DNA of 64,000 nt. Origin: an uncultured Rhodocyclaceae bacterium. Its GTDB lineage: Bacteria > Pseudomonadota > Gammaproteobacteria > Burkholderiales > Rhodocyclaceae. Under the pieces are notes generated by a model. That model saw only the letters and a program-made list of their open reading frames with translations. It did no database searches and was not told the DNA's origin. Each line of letters opens with the position of its first letter. Position 1 is the stretch's first letter. Position numbers and translations under genes: made by a program. Where the stretch lies: positions 46-64,045 of the forward strand of contig CAZGYD010000143.1 in the NCBI GenBank assembly GCA_964530115.1, written 5' to 3'. Of this stretch, positions 29,457-38,663 are shown piece after piece.

Positions 29457-30589
29457 AGGCCTGGCTGGAAAAGCAGCGGCACCTGATCGATTTCATGCTC
29501 GCCTCCCTGGCGCGGCGGAAGATGAAGAACGCCGGGCTGCTCGCCGTGTTCACGCTGCTCGTCTTCGTGCTCGCCTCGGTGATGTTGTTCACACACGCGC
29601 TGCGCCACGAGGCCACCACCGTCCTCGCCGACGCGCCGGAAATCGTGCTCCAGCGGCTGGTCGCCGGGCGCCACGACCTGATCCCTCCGGGATACCTCGA
29701 CAGGATCGGCCGCATCCGCGGCGTGCAGAAGATCGAAGGCCGGCTCTGGGGCTACTACTACGACTCGGTGGTCAAGGCCAACTACACGTTCATGGTGCCG
29801 CCCGAGGGCGGCATCGAGAAGGGCACCATCGTCGTCGGCCCGGCGCTCGAGCGCGAGCGCGGCATCGCCGAAAACAACGGCATCTCGTTCCGCTCGTACA
29901 ACGGCGAGCTGTTTTCCTTCATCGTCGCCGGCGTGCTGCCGAAGAGTTCCGAACTCGTGAGCGCCGACCTGGTGCTCATGAACGAGGGGGACTTCCGCGC
30001 CTTCTTCACCTACCCCGAGGGGCATTACACCGACATCGCCCTCTCGATCGCCAACCCGCAGGAAGTCCGCAACGTCGCCCGGAAGCTGATGACCGCGCTG
30101 CCCGACTCGCGGCCGATCCTGCGTGAAGAGGTGGCGCGCACCTATCAGTCGATCTTCGACTGGCGCGAGGGCCTGATGCTCGCGCTGCTCTCCGCGGCGA
30201 TCCTCGCCTTCGCGATCCTCGCCTGGGAAAAGGCCTCCGGCCTCTCGGCCGAGGAAAAGCGCGAGATCGGCATCCTCAAGGCCGTCGGCTGGGAAACCGG
30301 CGACGTGATCAAAATGAAGCTCTGGGAGGGCGGGCTGATCTCGCTGACCGCCTTCCTCGCCGGCTATGTCGCCGCCTATGTCCAGGTCTTCCATTTCCAG
30401 GCGCCGCTGTTCGAGCACGTCCTTCGCGGCTGGTCGGTGATCTATCCGCACTTCGAACTGGTCCCGGTGATCGACGGCCTCCAGGTCGCGACGCTCTTTT
30501 TCTTCACGGTCTTCCCCTACATGGCCGCCGTGCTCGTGCCGATCTGGCGCGCCGCGGTAACCGACCCCGACGCGGTGATGAGAGCGTGA
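29453..30589 (+). CDS. ABC transporter permease, FtsX/MacB-like
   Basis: The 378-aa product has an N-terminal TM segment, a large periplasmic domain and three C-terminal TM segments (FtsX-like fold). An ABC ATPase gene follows. Confidence 0.75.
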   Translation: MKAWLEKQRHLIDFMLASLARRKMKNAGLLAVFTLLVFVLASVMLFTHALRHEATTVLADAPEIVLQRLVAGRHDLIPPGYLDRIGRIRGVQKIEGRLWGYYYDSVVKANYTFMVPPEGGIEKGTIVVGPALERERGIAENNGISFRSYNGELFSFIVAGVLPKSSELVSADLVLMNEGDFRAFFTYPEGHYTDIALSIANPQEVRNVARKLMTALPDSRPILREEVARTYQSIFDWREGLMLALLSAAILAFAILAWEKASGLSAEEKREIGILKAVGWETGDVIKMKLWEGGLISLTAFLAGYVAAYVQVFHFQAPLFEHVLRGWSVIYPHFELVPVIDGLQVATLFFFTVFPYMAAVLVPIWRAAVTDPDAVMRA

Positions 30590-30651
30590 TTCCTTTACCG
30601 GCGTTCCCTTCACGGGGAGGTCTTCGGCGGAACCGCCAAGATTGAACAGCG

Positions 30652-31323
30652 ATGATTGAACTGCGTGAGATTAGGAAAATTTTCAACCAGGGCCAGCACA
30701 ACGAGTATGCGGCGCTGTCGGGCATCACGCTCGCCATCGAGCCGCACCGGATCACGGCGCTGCGCGGCCCGAGCGGCTCGGGCAAGACGACGCTGCTGAC
30801 GATCATCGGCTGCCTGGCGAGGCCGACCAGCGGCCGGGTCAGCCTGCACGGCCGCGACATCTCCGGCCTGCCCGAGCGCTTCCTCACCGAGATCCGGCGC
30901 AGGACCTTCGGCTTCGTCTTCCAGCAGTTCAACCTGATCAAGGGCATGAGCGCGATCGAGAACGTGATGCTGCCCGCCTATCCGACCGGCCGGCCGCACC
31001 GGGAACTGAAGCGGAAGGCCGAGTCGCTGCTCGAGCGGCTGAAGCTCGCCCACCGCCGCGATGCCCGCGTCGAATGGCTCTCCGGCGGTGAGCAGCAGCG
31101 CGTCGCCATCGCCCGCGCGCTGATCAACGATCCCGAGGTGCTGATCGCGGACGAACCGACCGCCAACCTCGACACGGCGCTGGCCAAAGAATTCCTGGCG
31201 CTTCTCGAAGGCTTCCGCGAGGAAGGCCGCACCGTGATCCTGACGAGCCACGACCCCCTGGTCGTCGAATCGCCAGCCGTGCACCGCGTGGTGAGCATGC
31301 GCGACGGAAGGATCGTCGAATGA
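30652..31323 (+). CDS. ABC transporter ATP-binding protein (LolD/MacB-type)
   Basis: Walker A GPSGSGKTT, the Q-loop, the signature LSGGEQQR and Walker B LIADEP are present. Length is 223 aa. Confidence 0.88.
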   Translation: MIELREIRKIFNQGQHNEYAALSGITLAIEPHRITALRGPSGSGKTTLLTIIGCLARPTSGRVSLHGRDISGLPERFLTEIRRRTFGFVFQQFNLIKGMSAIENVMLPAYPTGRPHRELKRKAESLLERLKLAHRRDARVEWLSGGEQQRVAIARALINDPEVLIADEPTANLDTALAKEFLALLEGFREEGRTVILTSHDPLVVESPAVHRVVSMRDGRIVE

Positions 31324-31345
31324 AACTCAGCCGTCGTAACACGCC
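31323..31345 (-). repeat. 23-nt dispersed motif copy
   Basis: The plus strand reads AAACTCAGCCGTCGTAACACGCC. It starts at the last base of the ABC ATPase stop codon. Confidence 0.95.
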
Positions 31346-31423
31346 AGCCAGAACGCCGGATCCGCCATACCCTGCGCGGGGCCCCTCCCCCGCGAAGGGG
31401 AAGCCGGGAAGAGGCGGGGCATC

Positions 31424-32425
31424 ATGATCTTCCAGCCGGCCATCCTCGCCCTGCTGCTCGCCTCGATCCTCGCCGTGGCGATGCTGGCCGCGGCCGCGCC
31501 TTTTTCCGTCCAGGTCATCCGTCACTGGGACATCACGAGCGGCTCCGAGCGCCAGCTGCGGCTGGAACGCCGCACCTATCTCTTCTCGACGCTGACCGCC
31601 TTCGTCATGGCGACCCAGCTCGCCGCGCTGCTGCTGTTCGTCTTCAACGCCGACAAGATGTCGATCATGTTCGTCGGCGCCATGTGCGCGGTCGGCACGC
31701 TCAACGTCAACGGTTACGGCTTTCCCGCGCTGATTGCGCAGATGGCCGTTTTCTTCCTCGCCGCCGCCTGGCTCGCGATCAACCATGTCGACACCCGCGC
31801 CCCAGACTATCCGCTGGTGCGCATCAAGTACGGCGTGCTGCTTGCGCTGCTGCCGGCCGTGGCGGTGACGCTCTGGCTCCAGCTGTCCTACTTCCTCAAC
31901 CTCAGGGCGGACGTGATCACCTCGTGCTGCGGCAGCATGTTCACCGAGGACGCCAAGGGCGTCACGGCGGAAATGGCGGGGCTGCCACCGCTGCCGGCCA
32001 TGATCGGCTTCTACGCGGCTTTGGGCATCGCCTTCGCCACCTCGGCTTTCCACGCCCAGACGAGCCGGGCCGGTTACTGGGTGGGCATCACGGGCATCGC
32101 CGCCTTCGTCGTCGCCATCGCCGGCATCATCGCCTTCGTCTCGCTCTACATCTACGAGCACCCGCACCATCACTGCCCGTTCTGCATCCTCAAGCCGGAA
32201 TACGACTACCGGGGCTACGCGCTCTACGTCCCGCTCTTCGCCGCCACCGCGGCGGCGGTCGGCGCCGGCGCGATCCAGCCCTTTCGCCGCGTCCCGACCC
32301 TAACCGACGTCGTGCCGCGAACCTCGGTGCGCCTGGCGAAAGTCGCCGCAGCCGGCTTCCTCGTCTTCGCCATGGTCGCCACGGTCTTCGTGGTGAAATC
32401 GAACCTCATCCTCGTGGAGTTCTGA
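31424..32425 (+). CDS. Hypothetical polytopic membrane protein
   Basis: The 333-aa product has about 8-9 TM segments and a conserved-looking HPHHHCPFCILKPEYDY near the C-terminal third. I do not recognise the family. Confidence 0.55.
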   Translation: MIFQPAILALLLASILAVAMLAAAAPFSVQVIRHWDITSGSERQLRLERRTYLFSTLTAFVMATQLAALLLFVFNADKMSIMFVGAMCAVGTLNVNGYGFPALIAQMAVFFLAAAWLAINHVDTRAPDYPLVRIKYGVLLALLPAVAVTLWLQLSYFLNLRADVITSCCGSMFTEDAKGVTAEMAGLPPLPAMIGFYAALGIAFATSAFHAQTSRAGYWVGITGIAAFVVAIAGIIAFVSLYIYEHPHHHCPFCILKPEYDYRGYALYVPLFAATAAAVGAGAIQPFRRVPTLTDVVPRTSVRLAKVAAAGFLVFAMVATVFVVKSNLILVEF

Positions 32426-32426
32426 C

Positions 32427-32915
32427 GTGCGCCTGCTCGCGTTCATGATCGTCCTGCTGGTCGCCGCCTGCGGTGGCGAGCCGCCCGCCAGGCTCAACGT
32501 CGGCGACATCGCGCCGACTTTCCAGACGGTCCGGCTCGATGGCATGCCGGCGCATTTCCCGGCCGCCTGGGCGGGGCAGCCCGTGGTGATCCGCTTCTGG
32601 GCCGACTGGTGCCGGTTCTGCGAAGGCGAGATGAAGGCCATCGAATCGGTCTGGCAGCGGCACAGGGCGACGGGGCTCGAGGTGATCGCGATCAACGCCG
32701 GCCAGGAGCGCAAGACCGCCGCCGCCTTCATCGCCAAAATCGGCGTCAGCTATCCGGTGCTGCTCGACGAGCGCTCGAAGATCGCGAAGAGCTACGGCGT
32801 GGTCGGCCTGCCGACGACCTACTTCGTCGATGCCAAGGGTGTCGTGCGTGCCAAGCTGATCGGCGAAGCCGACGAGGCGACCTTCGAGCGCCATGCGCTG
32901 GAACTGTTGAAATGA
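32427..32915 (+). CDS. TlpA-family thiol:disulfide oxidoreductase lipoprotein
   Basis: The 162-aa product has the lipobox LLVAACGG, the thioredoxin motif FWADWCRFCEGEM and GVVGLPTTYFVD. Confidence 0.85.
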   Translation: MRLLAFMIVLLVAACGGEPPARLNVGDIAPTFQTVRLDGMPAHFPAAWAGQPVVIRFWADWCRFCEGEMKAIESVWQRHRATGLEVIAINAGQERKTAAAFIAKIGVSYPVLLDERSKIAKSYGVVGLPTTYFVDAKGVVRAKLIGEADEATFERHALELLK

Positions 32916-33112
32916 GCGGGGCCGACCGCCCCTGCGACCTCTGCTCGCTGCCGGTGGGCGTGAAGCCCTTTCGTCTCGATCTGCCCGGTCAGACCCTCGA
33001 ATTCTGCTGCGAAGGCTGCCTGGGCATCTACCAGATGTTGCACGACATCAAGGAACTCGCGCCCGATCCCGGGCAAACTGCCGCCAACGCCACCCCAAGG
33101 AGCTCACGATGA
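32912..33112 (+). CDS. Stand-alone ATPase-cat_bd-like Cys-rich metal-binding domain protein
   Basis: The 66-aa ORF MSGADRPCDLCSLPVG...LEFCCEGCLGIYQML has the Cys pattern (CxxC...CCxxC) of the N-terminal domain of CcoI/FixI-type ATPases. Its ATG overlaps the TlpA stop. Confidence 0.6.
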   Translation: MSGADRPCDLCSLPVGVKPFRLDLPGQTLEFCCEGCLGIYQMLHDIKELAPDPGQTAANATPRSSR

Positions 33113-33477
33113 TGACCGAAGAGATGATGAAGCAGATGCCGCACATGATGGGCGGCAGCCCCATGGGCTCGATGATGGGCAGCCCGCTCGCGCATGGCGC
33201 CATGCTCGCGTCGGCCGGCTTCGCCGCCGGCCGGGGACTCATCGGCGCAAGCCTGCTTCGCAACCCGTTCGTGCTGGTGGGCGCCGGCATCGTCGCCGGC
33301 TACCTGATCCACAAGTACGAGAAGGAGATCGTCGCCGCGATCTCGAAAGTGACGGGCATCGGCAAGGACTTCGTGCTCCAGCAGAAGGAGAACCTGGAAG
33401 ACCTGGTCGCCGAAGCCCAGGAAAAGGAGGCGCGACAGGCCGCGGCGCCCGCCGCCGGCAGCACGCCGCAGGGCTGA
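33109..33477 (+). CDS. Hypothetical Met/His-rich membrane protein
   Basis: The 122-aa product begins MMTEEMMKQMPHMMGGSPMGSMMGSPLAHGAM, followed by a TM-like segment. Confidence 0.5.
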   Translation: MMTEEMMKQMPHMMGGSPMGSMMGSPLAHGAMLASAGFAAGRGLIGASLLRNPFVLVGAGIVAGYLIHKYEKEIVAAISKVTGIGKDFVLQQKENLEDLVAEAQEKEARQAAAPAAGSTPQG

Positions 33478-33487
33478 GGAACCCGAC

Positions 33488-34108
33488 ATGGACGCCGCCA
33501 CGCTCGCGCGGAGAATCGTCGTCCGGCACAAGGAGGACGGGCATCTGCGCCTCGAACTGCCCCCCGAACTCGGCGGGCCCGCGGCGCGCGCGCACTTCGA
33601 GGCCGGCCTGCGCCGGCGCCCCGGCGTCTGGCGCGTGAGCTTCGAGCCGCAGCATCGGCTGTCGATCCGTTTCGAGCCGCTGCAATGCTCGCTCGCCGAC
33701 GTCGCCCGAGATCTTCGATCGTTGCTCGCCGACCTTCCCGCCGAATCCGCGACGCCGGCGCCTGCCGCCACGCCCGCCGTCGATCCGCTCGCCGGATTGC
33801 GGCAGCGCTTCGAGAGCACGGCCCGACAGGTCCGCTCCCGCATCGACCGCGTGATCGAGCAGCTGCGCAGGCCCGGGGCTCCCGGCTCGCTGCAATCGCG
33901 GCTGCAGCCCGCGCTGCAGAACGCGCTCACCGAGCAGGCGGCGATCAACTTCTTGAACGACGTGCTGGTGTTCTATCTGATCAAGGTGCACTGGGACCTG
34001 ATCACCAGGCGCTGGATGAAGGATCCGGTCGCCCATGCCGACGCCTGGCTGGCGACCTTCTATCTCGTCTTCCTGCTCGTGCGCTACCGCAAGTCGCTCG
34101 CCAAGTGA
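33488..34108 (+). CDS. Hypothetical protein, degenerate HMA-like N-domain plus C-terminal TM segments
   Basis: The 206-aa product has an N-terminal about 80 aa resembling the first domain of the downstream ATPase ([18 protein letters not shown]... versus [17 protein letters not shown]...). Its stop overlaps the ATPase GTG start. Confidence 0.5.
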   Translation: MDAATLARRIVVRHKEDGHLRLELPPELGGPAARAHFEAGLRRRPGVWRVSFEPQHRLSIRFEPLQCSLADVARDLRSLLADLPAESATPAPAATPAVDPLAGLRQRFESTARQVRSRIDRVIEQLRRPGAPGSLQSRLQPALQNALTEQAAINFLNDVLVFYLIKVHWDLITRRWMKDPVAHADAWLATFYLVFLLVRYRKSLAK

Positions 34109-36534
34109 AGCATTTCCGCGTCGTCCATCGCCTGACACGCCGCGTCCGCCTGGTCTCGCCGGCGCTCGCCAAACAGCCGGAGCGCTGCTACCTGCTCGAG
34201 ATCCTGCTGCGCAAGCACCCGGCCGTCACCGGCGTGCGCAGCGTGCCGGAGATCGGCTCGGTCGTCGTCTTCTACGACTCCGAGCGGCTCGCCGAGGAAA
34301 GGCTGCTGGCGACGATCGACGCCGTGATCGGCAACCTCGCGGCCGCGCCGCCGCCGCAGCCCGCGGCGCCGTCGGCGATGCCCGACGGGCCGCTCCAGGA
34401 GTGCCACGCCGCCGTCGAGGGCATGACCTGCGCCTCCTGTGCGGCGCTGATCGAAATGTCGCTCGCCCGGGATCCGCGCGTCGCCTCGGCGGCCGTCAAT
34501 TACGCGGCGCAGACGGTGACCGTGAAGGGCAGCCTCACCCGCGAGGAGCTGTTCGCCTCGGTGAAGAAGCTCGGCTACGAGGCGCGGCCGATGGACACGC
34601 TGGCGCAGCGGCGGCTCCTGATCGAGCGCGAGAAGGAGCGCCTGGCACTGGCGAAGAAGAAGTTCTGGCAGGCGGCGCTGATGACGGCGCCCGTGATGCT
34701 CTCGGGCATGCTGATGCACCGCGACCCGCTGCTGCGCCTCGTCGAGTTCGCGCTGTCGACGGCAACGGTGTTCGGCCCCGGCAGCGACATCTTCCGCAAA
34801 GCCTGGGCGCTGGCGAAGCAGCGCGAGGCCAACATGGACACCCTGATCGCCGTCGGCGCCGGCGCGGCCTGGGCCTACAGCCTGCCGGGCGTCCTGCGGC
34901 CGCACCACCACGTCTATTTCGAATCGGCCGCCGGCATCCTCGCTTTCGTGCTCGCCGGCCGCTACATGGAGGAGAAGGCCAAGGGCCGCGCCTCGGAGGC
35001 GATACGCAAGCTGATCGAGCTGCAGCCGGAAACGGCGGTCCGCCTCCGGGACGGCCGAGAGGAAACCGTGGGCATCGACGAGGTCGCCATCGGCGACCTC
35101 CTGCGCGTGCGTCCCGGCGACCGCGTGCCGACCGACGGCGTCGTCGTCGAGGGCGGCTCGTCGGTCGACGAATCACTGCTCACCGGCGAATCGCTGCCGG
35201 TGGCCAAGGGCGTCGGCGATGCCGTGGTCGGCGGCTGCATCAACGGCAACGGCGCCTTCGTCATGCGTGTCACCGCCGTCGGCGGCGACACCGTGCTCTC
35301 GGGCATCGTCAAGCTGGTCGATCACGCGCAGGGGGCCAAGCTGCCGGTGCAGAAGCTCGCCGACCGCATCTCGGCGCGTTTCGTGCCGGCCGTCGGCGCG
35401 GTCGCCGGCCTCACCCTGGCGGGCTGGCTCGCGGCCGGGCATCCGCTGGCGCGGGCGCTCTCGCACGCGGTGGCCGTGCTGCTCATCGCCTGTCCCTGCG
35501 CGCTCGGCCTGGCGACGCCGACCGCGATCATGGTCGGCACCGGCCAGGCGGCGAAGCGCGGCATCTACATCCGAAACGGCGAGGCCTTGGAGACCGCGGC
35601 CGGGCTCACGACCCTGGTCTTCGACAAGACCGGCACGGTCACCGAGGGCCGGCCGGTGGTCACGGACTTCATCGCCGTCGCCGACGTCGACGAGGCCGAT
35701 GTCCTCGCGCTCGTCGCCGGCACGGAAAGCCACTCCGAGCACTTCCTCGCCCGCGCCATCGACGCCTACTGCAAGGCGCGCGGCGTGCCGCCGGCACTGA
35801 GTTTCGATTTCGAGTCCCTGCCCGGCCGCGGCGTGCGCGCGCTTAGCGACGACGGCGAGATCCTGATCGGCAACGCCGAACTGATGACCGGCAACGGCAT
35901 CGACATCGCCGCGCCCGCGGCGATGGCCGGCGCCTTCGCCGCCCAAGGCAAGACGCCGGTGTTCGTCGCCCTGGAAGGCCGCTGCATCGCGCTCTTCGCC
36001 ATCGCCGACCGGCCGCGCGACGGGGCGAAGGAGGCGATCGCGCTCCTGCACCGGCTCGGCCTCACGACGGTGATGGCCACCGGCGACGTCGAGGCCGTGG
36101 CCAACCACGTCGCCCGCGAGATCGGCATCGACCGCGTCATCGCCCGCGCCACGCCGGCCGACAAGCTCGAACTGGTGAGGAAGCTCCAGGCCGGGGGCGC
36201 GAAGGTCGGCATGGTCGGCGACGGCATCAACGACGCGCCGGCGCTCGCCGCGGCCGACGTCGGCTTCGCCATCGGCGGCGGCGCCGACATCGCCGTCGAG
36301 GCCGCCGACGTGACGGTCGTCGGCGGCGACATCGCCCGCGTCGCCGCGGGCATCCGCCTGTCGCGCGACACCATGCGCGTGATCCGCCAGAACCTGTTCT
36401 GGGCGCTCGGCTACAACGTCGTCGCCATCCCCGTCGCCGCCGCCGGGCGGCTCAACCCGATGATCGCCGCCGCGGCGATGGGCATGAGCTCGATCTCGGT
36501 GCTCACCAACTCGCTGCGCCTGCAGCGGGGTTGA
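34105..36534 (+). CDS. Copper-translocating P1B-type ATPase (CcoI/CopA-like)
   Basis: The GTG start is at 34105 ([10 protein letters not shown]). The motifs are the HMA motif GMTCASC, TGES, the TM6 CPC (LIACPCALG), DKTGT, the HP dipeptide ([11 protein letters not shown] region) and GDGINDAP. Confidence 0.9.
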   Translation: MKHFRVVHRLTRRVRLVSPALAKQPERCYLLEILLRKHPAVTGVRSVPEIGSVVVFYDSERLAEERLLATIDAVIGNLAAAPPPQPAAPSAMPDGPLQECHAAVEGMTCASCAALIEMSLARDPRVASAAVNYAAQTVTVKGSLTREELFASVKKLGYEARPMDTLAQRRLLIEREKERLALAKKKFWQAALMTAPVMLSGMLMHRDPLLRLVEFALSTATVFGPGSDIFRKAWALAKQREANMDTLIAVGAGAAWAYSLPGVLRPHHHVYFESAAGILAFVLAGRYMEEKAKGRASEAIRKLIELQPETAVRLRDGREETVGIDEVAIGDLLRVRPGDRVPTDGVVVEGGSSVDESLLTGESLPVAKGVGDAVVGGCINGNGAFVMRVTAVGGDTVLSGIVKLVDHAQGAKLPVQKLADRISARFVPAVGAVAGLTLAGWLAAGHPLARALSHAVAVLLIACPCALGLATPTAIMVGTGQAAKRGIYIRNGEALETAAGLTTLVFDKTGTVTEGRPVVTDFIAVADVDEADVLALVAGTESHSEHFLARAIDAYCKARGVPPALSFDFESLPGRGVRALSDDGEILIGNAELMTGNGIDIAAPAAMAGAFAAQGKTPVFVALEGRCIALFAIADRPRDGAKEAIALLHRLGLTTVMATGDVEAVANHVAREIGIDRVIARATPADKLELVRKLQAGGAKVGMVGDGINDAPALAAADVGFAIGGGADIAVEAADVTVVGGDIARVAAGIRLSRDTMRVIRQNLFWALGYNVVAIPVAAAGRLNPMIAAAAMGMSSISVLTNSLRLQRG

Positions 36535-36553
36535 CCGGCGGATCGGCCGGGCT

Positions 36554-36895
36554 ATGCTTCGTCACATGCGCACATGCCACGCCCTGCTCGCTTCGGCCCT
36601 GCTCTGTGCCGCCGCGCACTGCGCGGCCGCCAGCCCGCCCGACCCGGCGATGCTCGAGCTCGCCGACAAGAGCCGCTGCTTCAACTGCCACGACGTCGAC
36701 CAGAAGATCCGCGGGCCGGCCTGGCGTGACGTCGCCCGCCGCTACCGCGGCGACCCGACCGCCGAGGAGCGGCTCGTGCAGAAGGTCTACGAGGGCGGCA
36801 GCGGCGTCTGGGGCGACGACTACATGTCGGCGAACCGGCGCGCCGGCCTCGACAACATCCGCACCCTCGTGCGCTGGATCCTCACGCTCGAGTGA
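36554..36895 (+). CDS. Cytochrome c551/c552-family (class I) c-type cytochrome
   Basis: The 113-aa product has a signal peptide and CFNCHDVDQKIRGPAWRDVARRY...GGSGVWG...M, the typical c8 pattern. Confidence 0.8.
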   Translation: MLRHMRTCHALLASALLCAAAHCAAASPPDPAMLELADKSRCFNCHDVDQKIRGPAWRDVARRYRGDPTAEERLVQKVYEGGSGVWGDDYMSANRRAGLDNIRTLVRWILTLE

Positions 36896-37020
36896 GATCA
36901 GCGGCCGGCGTACGCAGCCAAACGCGGGAAAGTTCAGATGATTCCGGAGTCGTGCCGATTCTCCCGGTGACGACCGTCGGCGTCTTGCCGCAAAAAGGGT
37001 ACGGGGCTATCCTTGCCCGC

Positions 37021-37335
37021 ATGGATGCCATCGACGTCATCGACGAAGTCCGCCGGCGCCTGGTGCAGTCCCTGCGCCCGGAGCGCATCGTGCTGTTCGG
37101 CTCCCATGCCTGGGGCATGCCGGGGCCGGACAGCGATCTGGATTTGCTGGTGATCGTCGCCGACTCCGACCTGCCGCCCCACAAGCGCGCACAGGTCGCC
37201 TACCGTTCCTTGTCGGGTCTTGGCGTCCCCTGCGATGTGATCGTCCATACCCGTGCCGAGGCCGAACGTCTCGACCGTGTGCCGACTTCGCTGACCCACC
37301 GGGTTCTGCGCGAAGGCCGGGTTCTGCATGGATGA
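37021..37335 (+). CDS. MNT-type nucleotidyltransferase (antitoxin of HEPN/MNT module)
   Basis: The translation MDAIDVIDEVRRRLV...IVLFGSHAWGMPGPDSDLDLLV carries the GSxxxG...DxD motif. It overlaps the downstream HEPN ORF. Confidence 0.8.
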   Translation: MDAIDVIDEVRRRLVQSLRPERIVLFGSHAWGMPGPDSDLDLLVIVADSDLPPHKRAQVAYRSLSGLGVPCDVIVHTRAEAERLDRVPTSLTHRVLREGRVLHG

Positions 37336-37729
37336 GGCGACGCGCGGCGAGGTTGCCGCCTGGCTTGCCATCGCCCGCCGCGATCTCGATTCGGCCAAAC
37401 GGCTGCTCGCCGGCGATCCGCCCTATCGCGACACCGCGGCTTACCACTGCCAGCAGGCCGCCGAAAAAGCGCTGAAGTGCTTCCTGACGGCGACCGGCAC
37501 CCCGTTTCCGAAAACCCACGACCTGACGGCCCTCGTCACGCTCGCCGCGGCAACGGACACCAGCGCGAAAGGCTGGGAGGAAGCCGCCATTCTCCTGACG
37601 CCGTATGCCACCGTGTATCGCTATCCGGACGCCTTTCCCGAGCCCGGCGAAGACGATTTGGCCGAAGCCGTCGCGAGCGCGGAGAACCTGCTGAAGGAAA
37701 TCGAGGAAAGGGTGTCGAGGCTTCGATAA
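37328..37729 (+). CDS. HEPN-domain protein (toxin of HEPN/MNT module)
   Basis: The 133-aa helical product reads AWLAIARRDLDSAKRLL...YHCQQAAEKALKCFL...THDL. It is paired with the MNT gene by an 8-nt overlap. Confidence 0.75.
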   Translation: MDEATRGEVAAWLAIARRDLDSAKRLLAGDPPYRDTAAYHCQQAAEKALKCFLTATGTPFPKTHDLTALVTLAAATDTSAKGWEEAAILLTPYATVYRYPDAFPEPGEDDLAEAVASAENLLKEIEERVSRLR

Positions 37730-37810
37730 TGAGGCCCCCGGCGGTACGTTACGACGACTGGCCAGCGCGAAGGGCCCAAGATGCTGCGACGCGGCAGTTC
37801 CGGGCGAAGC

Positions 37811-37860
37811 GAGGGATGGGGCGTAGCCCCACGAGCGGGGAATGGGGCGAAGCCCCACAG
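37811..37860 (+). repeat. REP-like hairpin dimer
   Basis: GAGGGATGGGGCGTAGCCCCAC and GGGGAATGGGGCGAAGCCCCACAG are in direct orientation, between convergent HEPN and Sel1 genes. Confidence 0.75.
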
Positions 37861-37890
37861 TTGCGGGGACGCCAGGGCGCACGCCGAAAA

Positions 37891-38490
37891 TCAGTTCCGC
37901 GCGGTATCGGGCCCGGACATCGCCACCGCGGGTTGGGCGGCTTCTCCGCCGGCGGCCAGCCCGGCCCGCCGCTGAAGCTCGGCGACGACGGCCGCGCCGC
38001 TCTGCCGTGAGGCGGCGAGCGACTCGCGCATGTCGCGCGCCCAGATGAGTTCGGCCGCCTCCTTCCGCCATTTCTGCAGCTTCGGGTCGTGCCGGTGATG
38101 GGCGTGGTGCTGCCGCGGGGCGACGAACCAGCGGTGCGCCTCCGCCGCGTCGGCGGGCACGCCGTCGCCGTTCTGGTAGATCAGGCCGATCTGGTAGTGC
38201 GCGGTCTTGTCGCCGCGTTCGGCCGCGAGCTTGTACCACTTGATCGCCTCGCGCGTGTCCTTCGCCACGCCGTCGCCGTAATGGTGGATGACGCCGAGGT
38301 TGTAGGCGGCATCGGCATCGCCCCGGGCCGCCCATGTCTGCCAGATGGCCATGGCCTGCCCCGTCTCGCCGATGCGGTGGCGCTTGGCCGCCTCGCGCAG
38401 ATCTTCGTCGACGCCCCCCGCATGCGCGCCGGCCGCTGCCAGAGATGCCGCGAGAACGGCGACCGCTTTCGTCCGCTGCATCGACTTCAT
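37891..38490 (-). CDS. Sel1-repeat (TPR-like) secreted protein
   Basis: The start MKSMQRTKAVAVLAASLAAAGAHA is at 38490. Repeated units AAYNLGVIHHYGDGVAKDTREAIKWYKLAAERGD and AHYQIGLIYQNGDGVPAD are present. Confidence 0.8.
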   Translation of the reverse strand: MKSMQRTKAVAVLAASLAAAGAHAGGVDEDLREAAKRHRIGETGQAMAIWQTWAARGDADAAYNLGVIHHYGDGVAKDTREAIKWYKLAAERGDKTAHYQIGLIYQNGDGVPADAAEAHRWFVAPRQHHAHHRHDPKLQKWRKEAAELIWARDMRESLAASRQSGAAVVAELQRRAGLAAGGEAAQPAVAMSGPDTARN

Positions 38491-38616
38491 CGGCTTCCTC
38501 CGTGAAGGGGGCGCGGCCACGATGGCGGCCGCTGCCCTGCCCGCTTGATTCGGATCGATTCCACGGCCCGAATGCTAGGGCCCGCGGCGGCACCCGGGAA
38601 TGCGGCATGGCGTCGC

Positions 38617-38631
38617 GCGACCGATTGTCGC
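38617..38631. promoter_or_regulatory. Palindromic operator candidate (one mismatch), GCGACC-gat-TGTCGC
   Basis: The site lies 33 nt upstream of the DsbD_2-family gene start (38664). It overlaps a second palindrome, GTCGCGCGAC, so the assignment is weaker. Confidence 0.4.
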
Positions 38632-38663
38632 GGCCGGACGGCGACCGGCCGCGCGGCCCTGCT

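Noticed and set aside
38611-38620. The 10-bp perfect palindrome GTCGCGCGAC overlapping operator candidate D
   Set aside because: A short GC palindrome is likely by chance in this composition. It does, however, lower confidence in site D as a member of the TGCGACA-N3-TGTCGCA family.
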